The notes under the pieces were generated by a model. It saw nothing but the letters and a program-made list of their open reading frames with translations, was not told the origin of the DNA and did not search any database. The position numbers and the translations under genes were made by a program. Positions 1 through 11,999 of a stretch of 64,000 nt of DNA are shown one piece after another. Origin of the DNA: Ylistrum balloti (taxonomy: Eukaryota); assembly GCF_031769215.1 (NCBI RefSeq), contig NW_026782138.1, forward strand, positions 1 through 64,000, in the 5' to 3' direction. Each line of letters opens with the position of its first letter. Within the stretch, counting starts at the first letter, position 1.

Positions 1-476
1 AAATACCTGTAAATCTGAACTTATTGTTTTATCCAATATTTATATGACGTGTTTTACTTCACTCGAAGTGATTTATTCCTAGTGGTGCTTTCGAACAACA
101 TACGAGTCCTGTACCGGAAATAATCTTATATCTTTATTTAGGTCTAGGCCTAGTACCGACTAGTAGTTACGTACGATCTTGTATAACTACAACGTATGTA
201 GTAGATGCATTCTTTTAAAGATATCAATAATACCACGGACTTATATCTATATTTATAAGTCCGTGATAATATACTTTGATCATAACATGTCCTTATATTA
301 TCTCTTTTATCATATATAAAAACCAGGTCAACTTCAAGTACATGTAACATACATACACTATCAGGCCTGTCTCACTATAAATAGTGTGATGAAAAAAAAA
401 GTATTTAGTTCTGTAACCAGTTCATTATTTTTAATCCCATTCCTTTTTTTAAGATTTTTCTTTTTTTTTTTTGCAG

Positions 477-1642
477 GTAAACCATCAAAGATTTTTGATA
501 ATTTATCCACATGTAGTGTCCAAGACAGTCAGCCACAGGTGTGTGATTGGCTTCAGAAAGATGACAAACCTGTTCACTTCTTCAAATTAGGACCTCTCTT
601 CCCTGCAGAATCAGCGAAAGACCTAATGGAGGTTAGAAGTCAGGAAAAGGAAGAATTGTTGAAGAAGTTAAATGCAGAGTGTCAGGAGCGGACAACAGAA
701 AACCTTACATTAAGGCAACATATCCTGGAAGGGCAGATATTCAGTGAGGATGCATTCAGAGACAATGACAAGAAGGTAAACTGCTTCACAGGGCTTCCAG
801 GATTTTTAACTTTGATGACTGTGTTTGACTTTGTGAAAGATTACATTCCAGATAGCGGCCGTGTGACATTCTCAAAGTTTCAGAGATTTATTATGACTCT
901 GATGAAACTGCGACTTACACTCTCCCTTCAGTTTCTTGGATATATCTTCAATATCTCACAGCCCACCGCATCAAGGACATTCCTAACTGTATTGGACGTT
1001 TTATACATTAGACTGCGAGAGTTTGTTTACTGGCCAGAGAGAGAGGAACTGAGACTTTCAATGCCCATGGAATTCAGGAAGCATTTTGGCTTGAAAGTCG
1101 CTGTTATCATTGATTGTTTTGAAATCTTTATTGAGCGGCCTTCAAATCTTCTTGCAAGAGCAAAGACATGGTCTTCGTATAAACACCATAATACTGTAAA
1201 AATATTAATTGGAATAGCCCCTCAAGGATGTATAACCTATCTGTCAAATGCTTGGGGAGGACGCAGTAGTGACAAGTATATTGTGGAAAACAGTGGCTTT
1301 TTAAAGAAACTTCTTCCAGGAGATATCGTACTTGCTGACCGTGGTTTCGACATTCAGGAAAGTGTCGGTGTAATGTGTGCGGAGGTTAAAATACCAAGTT
1401 TTACTAAAGGAAAGAGCCAGTTGTCAGCACTTGAGGTAGAATCCACAAGAAACATTGCACATGTCCGCATTCATGTGGAACGCGTGATTGGACTGGTTAG
1501 GAACAAGTTTACAATTCTTTCAGATACTTTACCTGTAGACTATTTGATTGCGCGCACAGGAGATGTTCCAGCTGTAGACAAAATTGTTACTGTTTGCTGT
1601 AGTTTGACCAACTTGTGTGGTTCTATTGTGAATTTTGATTGA
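477..1642 (+). CDS. ISL2EU/PIF-Harbinger-type DDE transposase (HTH + DDE_Tnp_4), last coding exon; 5' exon(s) not seen in window
   Basis: Polypyrimidine tract + CAG acceptor at 474-476 (ORF residues before this are intronic). HTH-like [35 protein letters not shown] motifs IIDCFE, LADRGF, HVERVIG and the [11 protein letters not shown] signature. No internal stops. Confidence 0.88.
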
Positions 1643-1869
1643 CAATGAAAACACTTCATACATTTTACACTTAAAGTAGTGTATTTGTCAAAAGAATGTG
1701 AAATCTTGAAATTAGTGAATATGGCATTTTTTTCTGAATGATTTAGCATTGTCTGGATCATAATTAATCCATATTAAGAATATTATATATTATTAATATT
1801 TTATAACTCTATATTTAAATATTTGTTTGCAACCATATTGTGTTCAAATGATGATGCTGATTATAAGTA

Positions 1870-2578
1870 CAGTCAAACTGTGTATAAAGGACACTGAGGG
1901 GAAATGACAAGTATCCCTTATAGACAGGTGTCCTTTATATACCCATACAAAACTTGGAGACAGAGGTTTTTCTCAGAAATAAGTCCTGTCTGTCCCTAAT
2001 TAAGTATTAAAGTATAAGAGAAATCTTACTACAACCTGATATATTTTATATGACATTTTATTTTAATCTCATCTTTGTTTAGTTATTAAGATAACCACTT
2101 TGTGTATTTTTCTACATGATAACCAATCAAAACAAAAAGTTGAATATCAGCCTTTCTTGAACATGAGTGTGTATGATTTGTGTCTGTAGACACTTAAAGC
2201 AACAGCATCCCTTCCAAATCATTGACACTAGATAATTCTCTTGTGTATATGTAAACAATGACACTTAAACCATTCATTTTTATCATATCTATGAGTTTAC
2301 TTGTTTCTTTGAAAACTATAAAATGTGCTTATAAATGATATAACTAACACTTGTAGTGATATATATATATTTAGATACAGTTACATGTACACAGAATATT
2401 CAAATGTTGTTGTCCTCTAAATAGAGGTTATTTTACATAGAAAATAGTGTTTGGGGGAATTTCTAAGTCTCCTTTATAGAGAGTGTCCTCTATATAGAGG
2501 TATATTATATAGTAAAACTTGTTGGGGTTCCTGAGACTGTCCTTTATAGACAGGTGTCCTCTAAAGCAGGTTTGACTG
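1870..2578. mobile_element. Tc1/mariner-pogo (Tigger-like) MITE inserted in the ISL2EU element
   Basis: TA|CAGTCAAAC at 1868-1878 and GTTTGACTG|TA at 2570-2580 give terminal inverted repeats with a TA TSD. Subterminal repeats TTATAGACAGGTGTCCT occur near both ends. Confidence 0.85.
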
Positions 2579-2765
2579 TATTAATCGTAGCACGAAATGT
2601 ACATAGATGGTACTTGTAGTTTCTGTTTCTGCAGACCTGTCCTTTGTACTCAATATTACTGCCATGTAATGTATATGATCCCAGTGTTAATCATGAGGAA
2701 ATATTAATATATTTTCAATAAATTAATTTTCAAGTATTTATTATGGCTTTGAATTGTTTTTATTA

Positions 2766-3065
2766 AAACAAGCTTACAGTAAGTGTTGCATGCAACACAT
2801 GTCCCCTGCCATAAATTACAGTATTTATCTGCACAACTTCAATACGACAATTTCTGTTTTTAGTATCAGTGACCTTTATAGTTGACCTTTCTTCCCAAAA
2901 CCATATCAAATAATTCATCACCTCATAAGCTACCATTGTATGAAGTTTCATTCAAATCCATCAATCCGTTCTCAAGTTATCATCTGGAAACCAACATATA
3001 GACAAACAGACTGACAGAGATAAACACTATTGTCCCCCCTGGTTTCACCAGTAGGGGACTATTAA
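2766..3065 (+). mobile_element. Short non-autonomous bivalve repeat (pearl/CvA/HINE-like) with 3' hairpin
   Basis: Starts AACAAG, has a GACA-type microsatellite (gacaaacagactgacaga) and ends in the hairpin GTCCCCCCTGGTTTCACCAGTAGGGGAC (3032-3059) followed by TATTAA. Confidence 0.55.
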
Positions 3066-3357
3066 AATGACTTAGGTCTTAAGTCAAACTAAATAAATTT
3101 GTCTACCAGGTATATTATGTAAACATACACCTGGAAACTCTTGATAATTGGAAACAACTGCTTGTATTTCTAAACATTGTATATCAGGTATTGTCATTTT
3201 GTCATATCACACCAATGACAATATGACAATATACTACTGGAGAAAACAATGACAGACACAAATAATTTAACTTTAAATACAAACAATTTAATTTCAAAAG
3301 GAGAGTCCATACATATGTACAATCACAATTAAATATTACGTTCCATCTAGTCTGAAA

Positions 3358-3552
3358 AGTTTAATACAAATTTAGCAATTAAAAAACTTGCCAACAATTT
3401 CTATAAAATTTCATCATCATCATCATCACAATCATCATTACATGTGGCATTGCAATCATCATCATCATCATCACATATGGAATCTACTTTAACAAGTTTA
3501 ATACAAATAAAGCAATTAAAAAAACTTGCCAACAATTTCTATAAAATTTCAT

Positions 3553-3590
<38 letters not shown>

Positions 3591-3724
3591 CAATCATCAT
3601 CTCAATCATCATCATCATTACATATGCAATCTAGTTTAAGAAGTTAAATACAAATTTAGCAATTAAAAAAACTTTCTATAAAATTTCATCATCATCATCA
3701 TCATATCATCATCATCATCATCAT

Positions 3725-3764
<40 letters not shown>

Positions 3765-3835
3765 CATATAACATTGCAATCATCATCATCATCACATATG
3801 TCAATGCAATCATCATCATCATCAATCATCATCAC
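3358..3835. repeat. (ATC)n microsatellite embedded in three ~140-bp tandem units
   Basis: Unit head AGTT(T/A)AATACAAAT..AGCAATTAAAAAA at ~3358, ~3496 and ~3641, each followed by expanding CAT/ATC runs. Confidence 0.9.
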
Positions 3836-4528
3836 ATATGGAATCTTTAGATCTTCAATACAGTACCCGCTTTTCCTCTTTCATCAATTTTAATACTTAA
3901 AAACTTTGGCTGTGAAAAAAAACTCGGCTTTTCCTTGGTTGAGAAAAAGAAAAAGAAACATTGTTGAAAACATCATGTTTAAGTATGTCCATGAAACAAT
4001 ATATATATATATATATACAAAATTTATAAAATTTACAAGTTTTCTACTAGCTATTTTCTACATAGTGCAAATAATAACTGGGACTTTTTGAAAGACTTGG
4101 GAAGAACAGCAAGTGCATTATACCTGATACTTTAACATACATAACATGTAGTTAATGTGAAGAGGATATATGTAGTCAGAGATATATTACGTGTTAAATT
4201 TTAACAATTCATCAGTTTCAATTAATGGATAAATTCAAGCAAAAGTAATGAAAAATATCTGTACAAAATACAAGTATCAAACAAAGTAGTCTGTATCATG
4301 AATTAACAAAGTAACATTAACATTGATTAATATTTACATGTACAATAAATTTACACTTAGTGATCGATGGTAATATTCATTTTATGTAAATAAATTTAGA
4401 ATTTTAAAGAACAAAGCAAATTAACTTCTGTGTAAAGTTCGAAGTGGTAACACTTTAAATCACAGTTTAAGTTATAAACAGTTAGTGGAATCCTGAAGTC
4501 TGCATCCAATATGTTATGTGACACTGAA

Positions 4529-7345
4529 CTATTTTTTCCTGCTGAAGACTGGTAGCTTCCTGCATTCTGGACAGAACCATTCTGCATTCTTCCTTGGGGC
4601 ACGCTTTAAGTTCACACATTTAAAGTGAAGCCATTTATAGGAACAGTTCTGGTTGTCACAGCCAATAACTCTATCCTCTGTGTCATCATAGGGTTTTCTG
4701 CAAATGCAGATTGTCTCATCATCACCATTTGCATCCACTGTCGGTGTTGGTGTCAATGTGTTGGCAGTTTCAACTTTCTGAAGTTGTGTTGAAAGTACAG
4801 GTTTAGAGTAATGCTTACACAGTAACTCTGGAAGAACAGCACTTTTAAAAAACTTCTCTGCTTTCCCCCTTGCTTCCTCCCAAAAGTCCAAGTCTGGCTG
4901 AATTCTCTCTATGTGGATGGCTTTATGTGTCCATACAACAAAATCACAAAAGTCCTTCTCGCAAATGAAAATCTGAGCTTGAACCTGGGAATAGTATGGG
5001 TGATTCCTCTTTAGTCGTAGATCATCTCCAATCTTCTCCAGGCAAAAGTCCGTGTTGAGATTAGACAAGTCCTTCCCTTTGCAGCTGTATGGGCACTTGA
5101 CCTCCACACATCCATTTCCACAACAGGCACATGAAACTAGGAGGTCTGGTGTTGCTCCAAGGAAAGGGGACCGGGTATCAATTGTAAGTCCGCACTTGCT
5201 GTGATGCATGTCTTGATGGTCTGCTGTTGTTTTCTTGATGTATGCATCAATGGCTGATTTTTCATGTTGACATCCCCAGTCTGTGGCCTTGCTTCTAAAT
5301 TTTAAACTTTCTGGATAGCAAACTGACTTGATGACACTTAGCGATGGCTTCTCTGGATTGGTATGGCAAACAGCATGAAGACGGGACGCAGTGATTCTCC
5401 CACTCCTGAACCGAAACCAATCTTTACTGCTTGCCTGACTGCGAGTTCTCTCCTCCACAGCTGCTGCCTGGGATGCTGTTACTATGATGTCATCGAAGAT
5501 GATGTCACACTGGTTGTGAAGTTCATCTTCAGTCATTCCAACATACTCCTCATTGTACAACTCTGAGAGCACTTTGGGAAGATGTACACTCAGTGAGGCA
5601 GGTTTGAAGTGTTCAGCATAGCCTGGCATCAGAGACAACAATACAGACTTTGACTGGCTCTCATGTAACCTCCGCAGGAAGCCATTCACTTCATCTTTGG
5701 AAGGGGTTGGTACATCATTCCTACGAGCTGCCCTCAGGGTTGGAGTTGTTGGAGTTGGTGGAGTTGTGATACTCTCGTCTAGTCTGCACTTTTTTGTAGA
5801 GGCTGAGGTGAAATCGATATCTCTGACTTCATCGTATGTAACCTTTTGTATCCCTGATGGAAGCAGCCAGTAAGCAGGGGACTGTGTCACTGTCTTAGAA
5901 TTGCGGATCTTCACTGCAGCCTCTATCCAGAACAGCAATGCTCCAACATGGGTGCAGGTTTCCCCCAAGCCAGCCATGCATGTACAGTGTGCAGCAAGAA
6001 TTGTTCCATCGGAATTGGCTATGACCCATGGTTGAAGTGGCGCTTCATTCATCCTCTGGGAGTGGCGTACCTAAAACAAATACATTAAACTCATATAAAG
6101 GATATATTGAAATGAAAACAGGATATTGATTTTTCAATTAAGCTAGCACACTGCTACCTCATATTCAGGGCAGATAATTCATACATCAAGAATAAAATAC
6201 AGAAAATGTCTGAGATATGAATGCTGCCGCCGCCCCCATGTGAATTAAAAGTAAAAAGGAAATAAAAGAGGATCAATTTGATTTCACGACATGACGGCCA
6301 TGGGTAAAATTATGGCAGGGATATAAGAAGAAAGACTTGCTCTAGAACTCCCTCCAAAAAAAAATAAAAATAGATAGATAATAAATAAGTAATTAAACAA
6401 AATTAATTAAATGAAAGATTTGCAGTATTTCTCACAGTCCATTACATACTTGTATGAGGACAAAATTAAATAGATAAACTCATTAAGTTTAAAATATTAT
6501 GATAATGCTTTTTTTATATAGGCCTATATAATTTAGCACCCTTTCATACTAGGCCCACCAAAATTTCTTTATTGAAAATACTTTAACACTAGATTCTATT
6601 CAATCAAGCCTACTTTTTGTTATAACATTATACTTCATCTGAATTCTAGTCTTAATATCACAATATTTTTTCTCAATTTTTTATTTATAACTTCTGGCAT
6701 AATCTACGGTTATAACACAGAGTATGTTATACATCTGGTCAAGTTCAGTTAACTCAAGTTACTCATGCCTACGCTTTACGTGGGTCATTTTACTAGGACA
6801 GTGTAAACATTGTCGTTTGAAGATCGTATTTATAAACGGGCAGCCTACAGTAGGGGGGTTTAGTTTTGATTATTTCTAGGCTCGGTCATAACCGGAACAA
6901 TGACGTTATAAGCCCCCATTAATCGATCAAATCAAGCATAAGTTATGATCAGGACAGTACAGTAAGTAGTACTACACACCTTTGCAGACATCAGAATGTT
7001 CTTCGTAACGAACGATGAAATGTGGCCGACATCCTTCACCCAACCGCAAACAAACTGGTTGTAGGATTCCAGGGACTTGTAAGCTTTCAAATCCTGCAAT
7101 GTGTAGGCACTCTGAGTGTGGACCAAGTAATTAACGATGTCTGGGTACGTCACATCTGGAAGACCATCAGGATCTGAACGCCAGTCGCTTTTCTTCACTT
7201 CATACGGATCTAAATGGTCTACTAGTTTAATTTTCTCTCTATAACGTGCCAAAGTAATCGGGTCAAGTCTGTCTGTATAGCTAACCTTGATTGGCTGTTC
7301 TGGAGGGCTTTTCTGCGACGTCATTGTTAGCGATGACTCATGCAA
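4529..7345 (-). CDS. SWIM zinc finger + YqaJ/lambda-type exonuclease + PHD finger protein (ISL2EU partner gene), 2 exons: 7345-6980, 6070-4529 (~635 aa)
   Basis: Phase-0 intron (GT at 6979-6978, AG at 6072-6071) joins ...MSAK|VRHSQRMNEAP.... SWIM CTC-x8-CTH. YqaJ motifs RSGRITAS, LGATPD, EVKCPY, YYSQVQ. C-terminal PHD CICRK...CDNQNC...HFKC...WFCPEC. No stops. Start may be the ATG at 7345 or 7324. Confidence 0.88.
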
Positions 7346-7870
7346 ATTGATATTTAAATATGAACTGCTTGACCCACAAGATGGCGGCGCTAATTCAAAG
7401 CCCCGGATGTTGTGACGTCAGCGAATACTATGTTTAACACACAACTCCCGACGCACGTGGTCAAGGACGATCGGCATCATAACCACTCCAGATCCCGATT
7501 GCACAGGTAAGGTAATAAAATATCACTGTCTTGTACCCGCCAAGGACTTTTTTTGAAAGATGGCGGCGGGTTCAATCAACGAAAGGTAGGTGTCCATTTC
7601 AAACTTGAATATCTGTTGTTTCTGTAAAAGTATTAAATTCGTCACAGTAAACAGGTACTTCTGACAGAGTGATCGTATAGTGGAATAATTTCTAGTTCGT
7701 CTTCTCTGTGGTTCTGTCTTATTATTCCATGGCTACAGACCAATAACTCAAGACAGGAATAAAAGTTAACGAGTTTATTAGTTACAACAGACAAATAAAC
7801 ATGGAGATATTTACAATGATGAACAAGATACACCGGCTCCGACGACGGCTATGACTTTACTTGGTTACAC

Positions 7871-7896
7871 CAGGGACGTTAATATATACGTCCCTG
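7871..7896. repeat. 26-bp palindromic insert flanked by 7-bp direct repeats
   Basis: GTTACAC (7864-7870) CAGGGACGT-TAATATAT-ACGTCCCTG GTTACAC (7897-7903). Confidence 0.8.
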
Positions 7897-8832
7897 GTTA
7901 CACTACCAGTAAATTCCTACTATCCTAAAACAACTGCCACCCAGTTGCCCAACCCTGGGATATGTGACACTACCGTAAACCCTACCAGAACATGATAATA
8001 ACTTTAAACAACTTCTACACTCGCCCTCCCTTAAAAAGACAAATGTCCTCATTTGAACTAAAACAAACATCGAGTTTGAACAATGGTGTAATGAATAAGA
8101 ACACAAATCGAAAAGGTGACATAAGTTTTAAACCATGCGTCCATGGTAAACCAAGGCCTTTACATCTATATTCACAAGTATTTAATAACAACCCCAACAA
8201 GATGACTAGGTGTTAAAAATGACAATTACCAATCATCTCACGATATGCAAAGGTTACAAACCAACAATTAGAAAAAACAGTTACAAACAAATAAAAGGTT
8301 ACAATTCAACTTGAAATAAACCTCAGATTTCAAAATTATAGCAAAACCAATGCAATGTTATGTTATCATTTCCAGATCTGTATCCAGGAACCAGAATGCC
8401 CCACAATACCCTAGGCCTAAAGACCTTTATGTGAACATTTAAAGGAATACTCATCGGATCTACCCTGACATTGAATTACATGTGATGTTAAACACAGCAG
8501 GTGAACTGTGTTCAGCCCCAAATACTTAAGTATTAGGCTGCTTACACTAAAGTAACACCTCATGAGAAACAACACCTATCCGAAATCACCTGATTCCGAA
8601 CAAAATATTCACACAGCACTCCCCAGCTCAAGAATACAATCTGTAATCGATGGCATGCATAGACATGGACTCCTTAAATCAATATAAATGGGAAAAAAAA
8701 AACAAAAATACATGTGAATTGAAAAATTTACAATGAATATATACAATTAAGAAGTGATAATAAGTCCACCCCCCCTCTAAACCAAAGTATAATTGAAAAA
8801 AAAAGGTTCATTTGAACAACACGGAACTGTCT

Positions 8833-9444
8833 CTAATCCTCCTCAAAAATAGAAAAATCTACATCTGGTCCTGGCTGGTAAGGATTTCCGGCACTTCTGT
8901 TCCTGTGCCAACGATGGCTGTCCTGCAGAATTCCTCCCTCTGTCACCTCCTGATCCCTGGCTACCGTGATGTGCCTGGCTCCAGGGCACTCGGACGGAGC
9001 GGTGGCACTGACTAATGCCTCCCTGGCTTCCTGTGCTGCCCTCCTCCTATCTTCCTGGGTCGAAGTGACTCCCCGACGTGGCATACGCTGGGAACCAGGG
9101 CTGACATACCGTGAGTTCTCCTGGGTCACTCCCGCCTGGTGCTGACAAAACAGAGACATGGCCTCTGCAGGTGTCCTGTGGTGCCTATTGCTCAGATGCC
9201 TCCTGACCTGATTCCTCCTTGTGTTCGTGAAGGAGCACAAGGGGCAGTGGAACAGGTCGGTGTGCCTCAGATGGGTTAAGGCCCAGTGTCTCGCTAGCTG
9301 GTTATAGCGATAGTAAATTCTATCCCCACATGCGGCAACAGGGCACCCCATCCCCTCATTGGCCCATACAGGTCTGTCCTCGAGGTCACCATCCAAAATG
9401 TCCATCTCTGCCTCCTCTACCCCGATGTCCAGAAAGTCTGACAT
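8833..9444 (-). CDS. Intronless 203-aa protein with two C2H2 zinc fingers and acidic N-terminus (putative LTR-element accessory ORF)
   Basis: CPVAAC-x12-HWALTH and CPLC-x12-HLSNRH. GC-rich compared with the surroundings, uninterrupted. TATA-like GCTATATAGC at 9535-9544, ~90 bp upstream of the ATG. Confidence 0.7.
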   Translation of the reverse strand: MSDFLDIGVEEAEMDILDGDLEDRPVWANEGMGCPVAACGDRIYYRYNQLARHWALTHLRHTDLFHCPLCSFTNTRRNQVRRHLSNRHHRTPAEAMSLFCQHQAGVTQENSRYVSPGSQRMPRRGVTSTQEDRRRAAQEAREALVSATAPSECPGARHITVARDQEVTEGGILQDSHRWHRNRSAGNPYQPGPDVDFSIFEED

Positions 9445-10246
9445 AGTGGCTGTATCTGTCTTTCTAGGGAGAAAGAGAGCTGACCAGCTACATGAAAGCT
9501 ACTGCCAGACTGACTAATACCACCCGAACACTCTGCTATATAGCTAAATTTAATAGTATGCCATGAATTACACGTGCGACCTGTCACCGGAGTAGGTATA
9601 GTAATGTACAGGTGTGGTGACAAGTGTCTAAAATATTAACCAATCAGAGCCGTCTAAATAATAAAAGTGCAAGGGAATCCCCAAACTGGAATATCCCTAG
9701 TAAAACAAACATGGCGGCGACGTAACAGAACTCTGACAACGCATGACAGACCCAATGGTTTAACAGGGCGGAAGTACAATGAACTCACTACTTCTACATT
9801 TCTAACGATAATATGTAGATAACGGCGAACACTTTTGTAAACATGATAATGTGCAAACAGCACACTATGCTATCACTAATGGTCATTTTCCCCCAGAAGT
9901 CCTTGTAAATCTATCACAAAATTGGCGAAGCCATTGATTTCGACAGGGAAGCAACACACGCAGTTATGAATCTTGTCTTTTCCCATCATAACATTATATA
10001 TTGGAGATTTTCTCAATTTGCATAAACATCTAATGGGAATAGTTTATAACCAGTATGTTATATATGAGTAAAACCTCATGCAATTTAAGGAAAGTGAATA
10101 TAACCATTTTGTTTATGTCCAGGAATGGACAACATGATATTTGAATATGTTTCTTTAATGTTGAAAAATGCAGCCAAAAATCATGTAAAAAGCCATTACT
10201 GTTTTGGACACTTCAATTTTCATACTTCCAAAACCAGTCTAATTCG

Positions 10247-10560
10247 ATACGCCCGTTGAAAGACGGGACGTATTATGTTTTCACGCAGGTGGGCGGCCGC
10301 ATATATATCGATAACTCGTGAAATGTTTTACTGATTAATTGGAAACTTCACATGAAGATTGATTACTAAAAAGGCCAGATCAAGTTTGATAACCAAAATT
10401 TTTCACCCATTATTTATAGAGTTATGGGCCTTGGTACATTTGCAAAATAGGTTTCCCCTGAACAACTTAAGTAATTTTTCATTTATTAATTTGAAACTTC
10501 ATATGAAAGTTTATTACAATAAAGGTTTCTGCTCATTAACTTACGTAATAACAATGAAAT
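10247..10560 (+). mobile_element. Fragment of bivalve pearl/CvA/HINE-like non-autonomous repeat
   Basis: Head ATACGCCCGTTGAAAGACGGGACGTATTATG with hairpin CCCGT/ACGGG (10252-10267), followed by GGGCGGCCGC and the typical AT-rich body. Confidence 0.45.
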
Positions 10561-10620
10561 GGAATTCATTGAGGCAGTTTTATTGTCATGGAAGCTGGGT
10601 AACTTTGGAAGTATCTACAG

Positions 10621-10857
10621 GGCTGTGAAACTGTCATAATGGGAGACTTCAAAGTTGATTTAAGCAAGAAGTCTGCTAACCAAAAACAACTTCAATCGCT
10701 TACTTCAAAGATAGATTGTTGACAACTCATAACAGAATCTACCACAGACTTTGGTACAACCATTGACTTGATGTTTTCCAATACTGTTAATAAACTTCTT
10801 ACAGGTGTGATAGAAACCTTCTACTCTGATCACAAGATTATTTGTATGGCACTTTAA
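10621..10857 (+). pseudogene. C-terminal AP-endonuclease (EEP) domain relic, Helentron/Helitron2-type
   Basis: Frame from 10621: GCETVIMGDFKVD...*QLITESTTDFGTTIDLMFSN...GVIETFYSDHKIICMAL*. GDF, TTD.GT.ID and SDH motifs; one in-frame TGA at 10720-10722. Confidence 0.7.
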
Positions 10858-11026
10858 CATGGTAAAGTAATCCTTACAATTTTACTTCCACTCAACATAC
10901 CATTACATGGCCATGTTATCTCAATTCTCGATTTTACTATATGTGATACTGCACTGGACAATTTCCCTAATTCCACAAAAGGTGATTAATCCATGATTTT
11001 CAACCCAATCCTACAAATTATGGCAA

Positions 11027-11265
11027 TAAACCTTCCTATGAATTCGTAGTGAACTTTTATAACGAAATGTCAGTGAACTGACAATATTTATGAATAGTCT
11101 GTAAACTTTAGTAAATATCATTATAAACATTCCTGCAAATCATCCATAAACCTTCCAATGAATTGTCAGTGAACTTTTATTACGAAATGTCAGTGAACTT
11201 GTAATGTTTATAAATAGTCTGTAAACTTTAGTATCATCAATTAGCCTTCCTATGAATGAAACCTT
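11027..11265. repeat. ~118-bp tandem duplication (probably the 3' region of the Helentron relic)
   Basis: ATAAACCTTCC.ATGAATT...GTGAACTTTTAT.ACGAAATGTCAGTGAAC...ATAGTCTGTAAACTTTAGTA occurs twice, with further degenerate copies to ~11330. Confidence 0.7.
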
Positions 11266-11999
11266 TCTACCAATCGTCAATGTCAGTTTAAGAGTTGTCA
11301 TTAATCCTTCCTACGAATCAAAAATATCCTTTGCTACAAATCGTCTTAGCAGTTTTTTCACAGGCACTGTTAACGTTATAGAAATTCAGTAGATAATCTT
11401 GGAAATCAATTGTACAACTTATAAACCAATATTATCTGCTGAAATTCATCCAGTTATGGTTGCTCAACTTAGGATGAGCCTTTTTTGTAATGCTTGTGGA
11501 ACTCTTGTTCATACTTGCTTAAAAGTTGGCCACAGATGATATCTTTCAAAAGGAGGATTCTTGGAAAAAATGAAAACCAGTAAATTTGTCATTTTACACA
11601 TTTGTTTAAAAAAACCAAGAAACACTTTTTTTTTTTTTTTTTTTTCATTTTCGTTACATAGTAACCAAAAGTCTGTAGGTCTTGCTATTTGACAGGGTGG
11701 TTGATCATGTCAATTTGTATCAGCTTGGTTAACATTGCTGAACTTGACCTCTGTTCAAGGTCACACAAATAAAATTTGTTAAAATAACTTAAGACATTTT
11801 TGTGCAAGTTTCACAATTTGAAGATTTAGTTTGTAGCTTTATACAAATCTGTACAAAGATTATGTACAGTAATAGTGATGGGTTTTGCCTTTGTCAGTTC
11901 TGATCCATAATTTGTGGCACTTTGAGAAGTTAATAAGAGATAGACCAACTGCAGTTTCAAGCACAGTTTTAGTATAGCAGATTTGCTCAAGTGATTGCT

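Larger units (their letters stand above)
1..7431. mobile_element. ISL2EU-type DNA transposon (transposase + YqaJ partner gene); left end upstream of window
   Basis: Convergent transposase (+) and SWIM-YqaJ-PHD (-) genes, the known ISL2EU organisation. Candidate right terminus CAAGATGGCGGCG...GTGACGTCAGCGAATACTAT ends at ~7431, just upstream of the partner gene start. The TIR partner and TSD cannot be verified in this window. Confidence 0.72.
7431..9798 (-). mobile_element. Probable 3' portion or non-autonomous derivative of a Gypsy-like LTR retrotransposon (accessory ORF + PPT + 3' LTR ~8019-7431)
   Basis: On - strand GAGGACAT (8050-8043), then polypurine tract AAGGGAGGGCGAG (8032-8020) immediately followed by TGTAGAAG (8019). 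Candidate LTR end ...GTTAAACA at 7431; AATAAA at 7779-7774. No gag/pol and no matching second LTR seen. Confidence 0.5.

Noticed and set aside
386-476. N-terminal 30 aa of the 418-aa ORF (MMKKKVFSS...FFFFFA)
   Set aside because: It is a polypyrimidine tract ending in a CAG acceptor, so intronic read-through rather than the true transposase start.
7560-7590. ATGGCGGCGGGTTCAATCAACGAAAG|GTAGG as a first coding exon
   Set aside because: It coincides with a YY1-like AAGATGGCGGC motif inside the candidate LTR, and no phase-compatible downstream exon was found.
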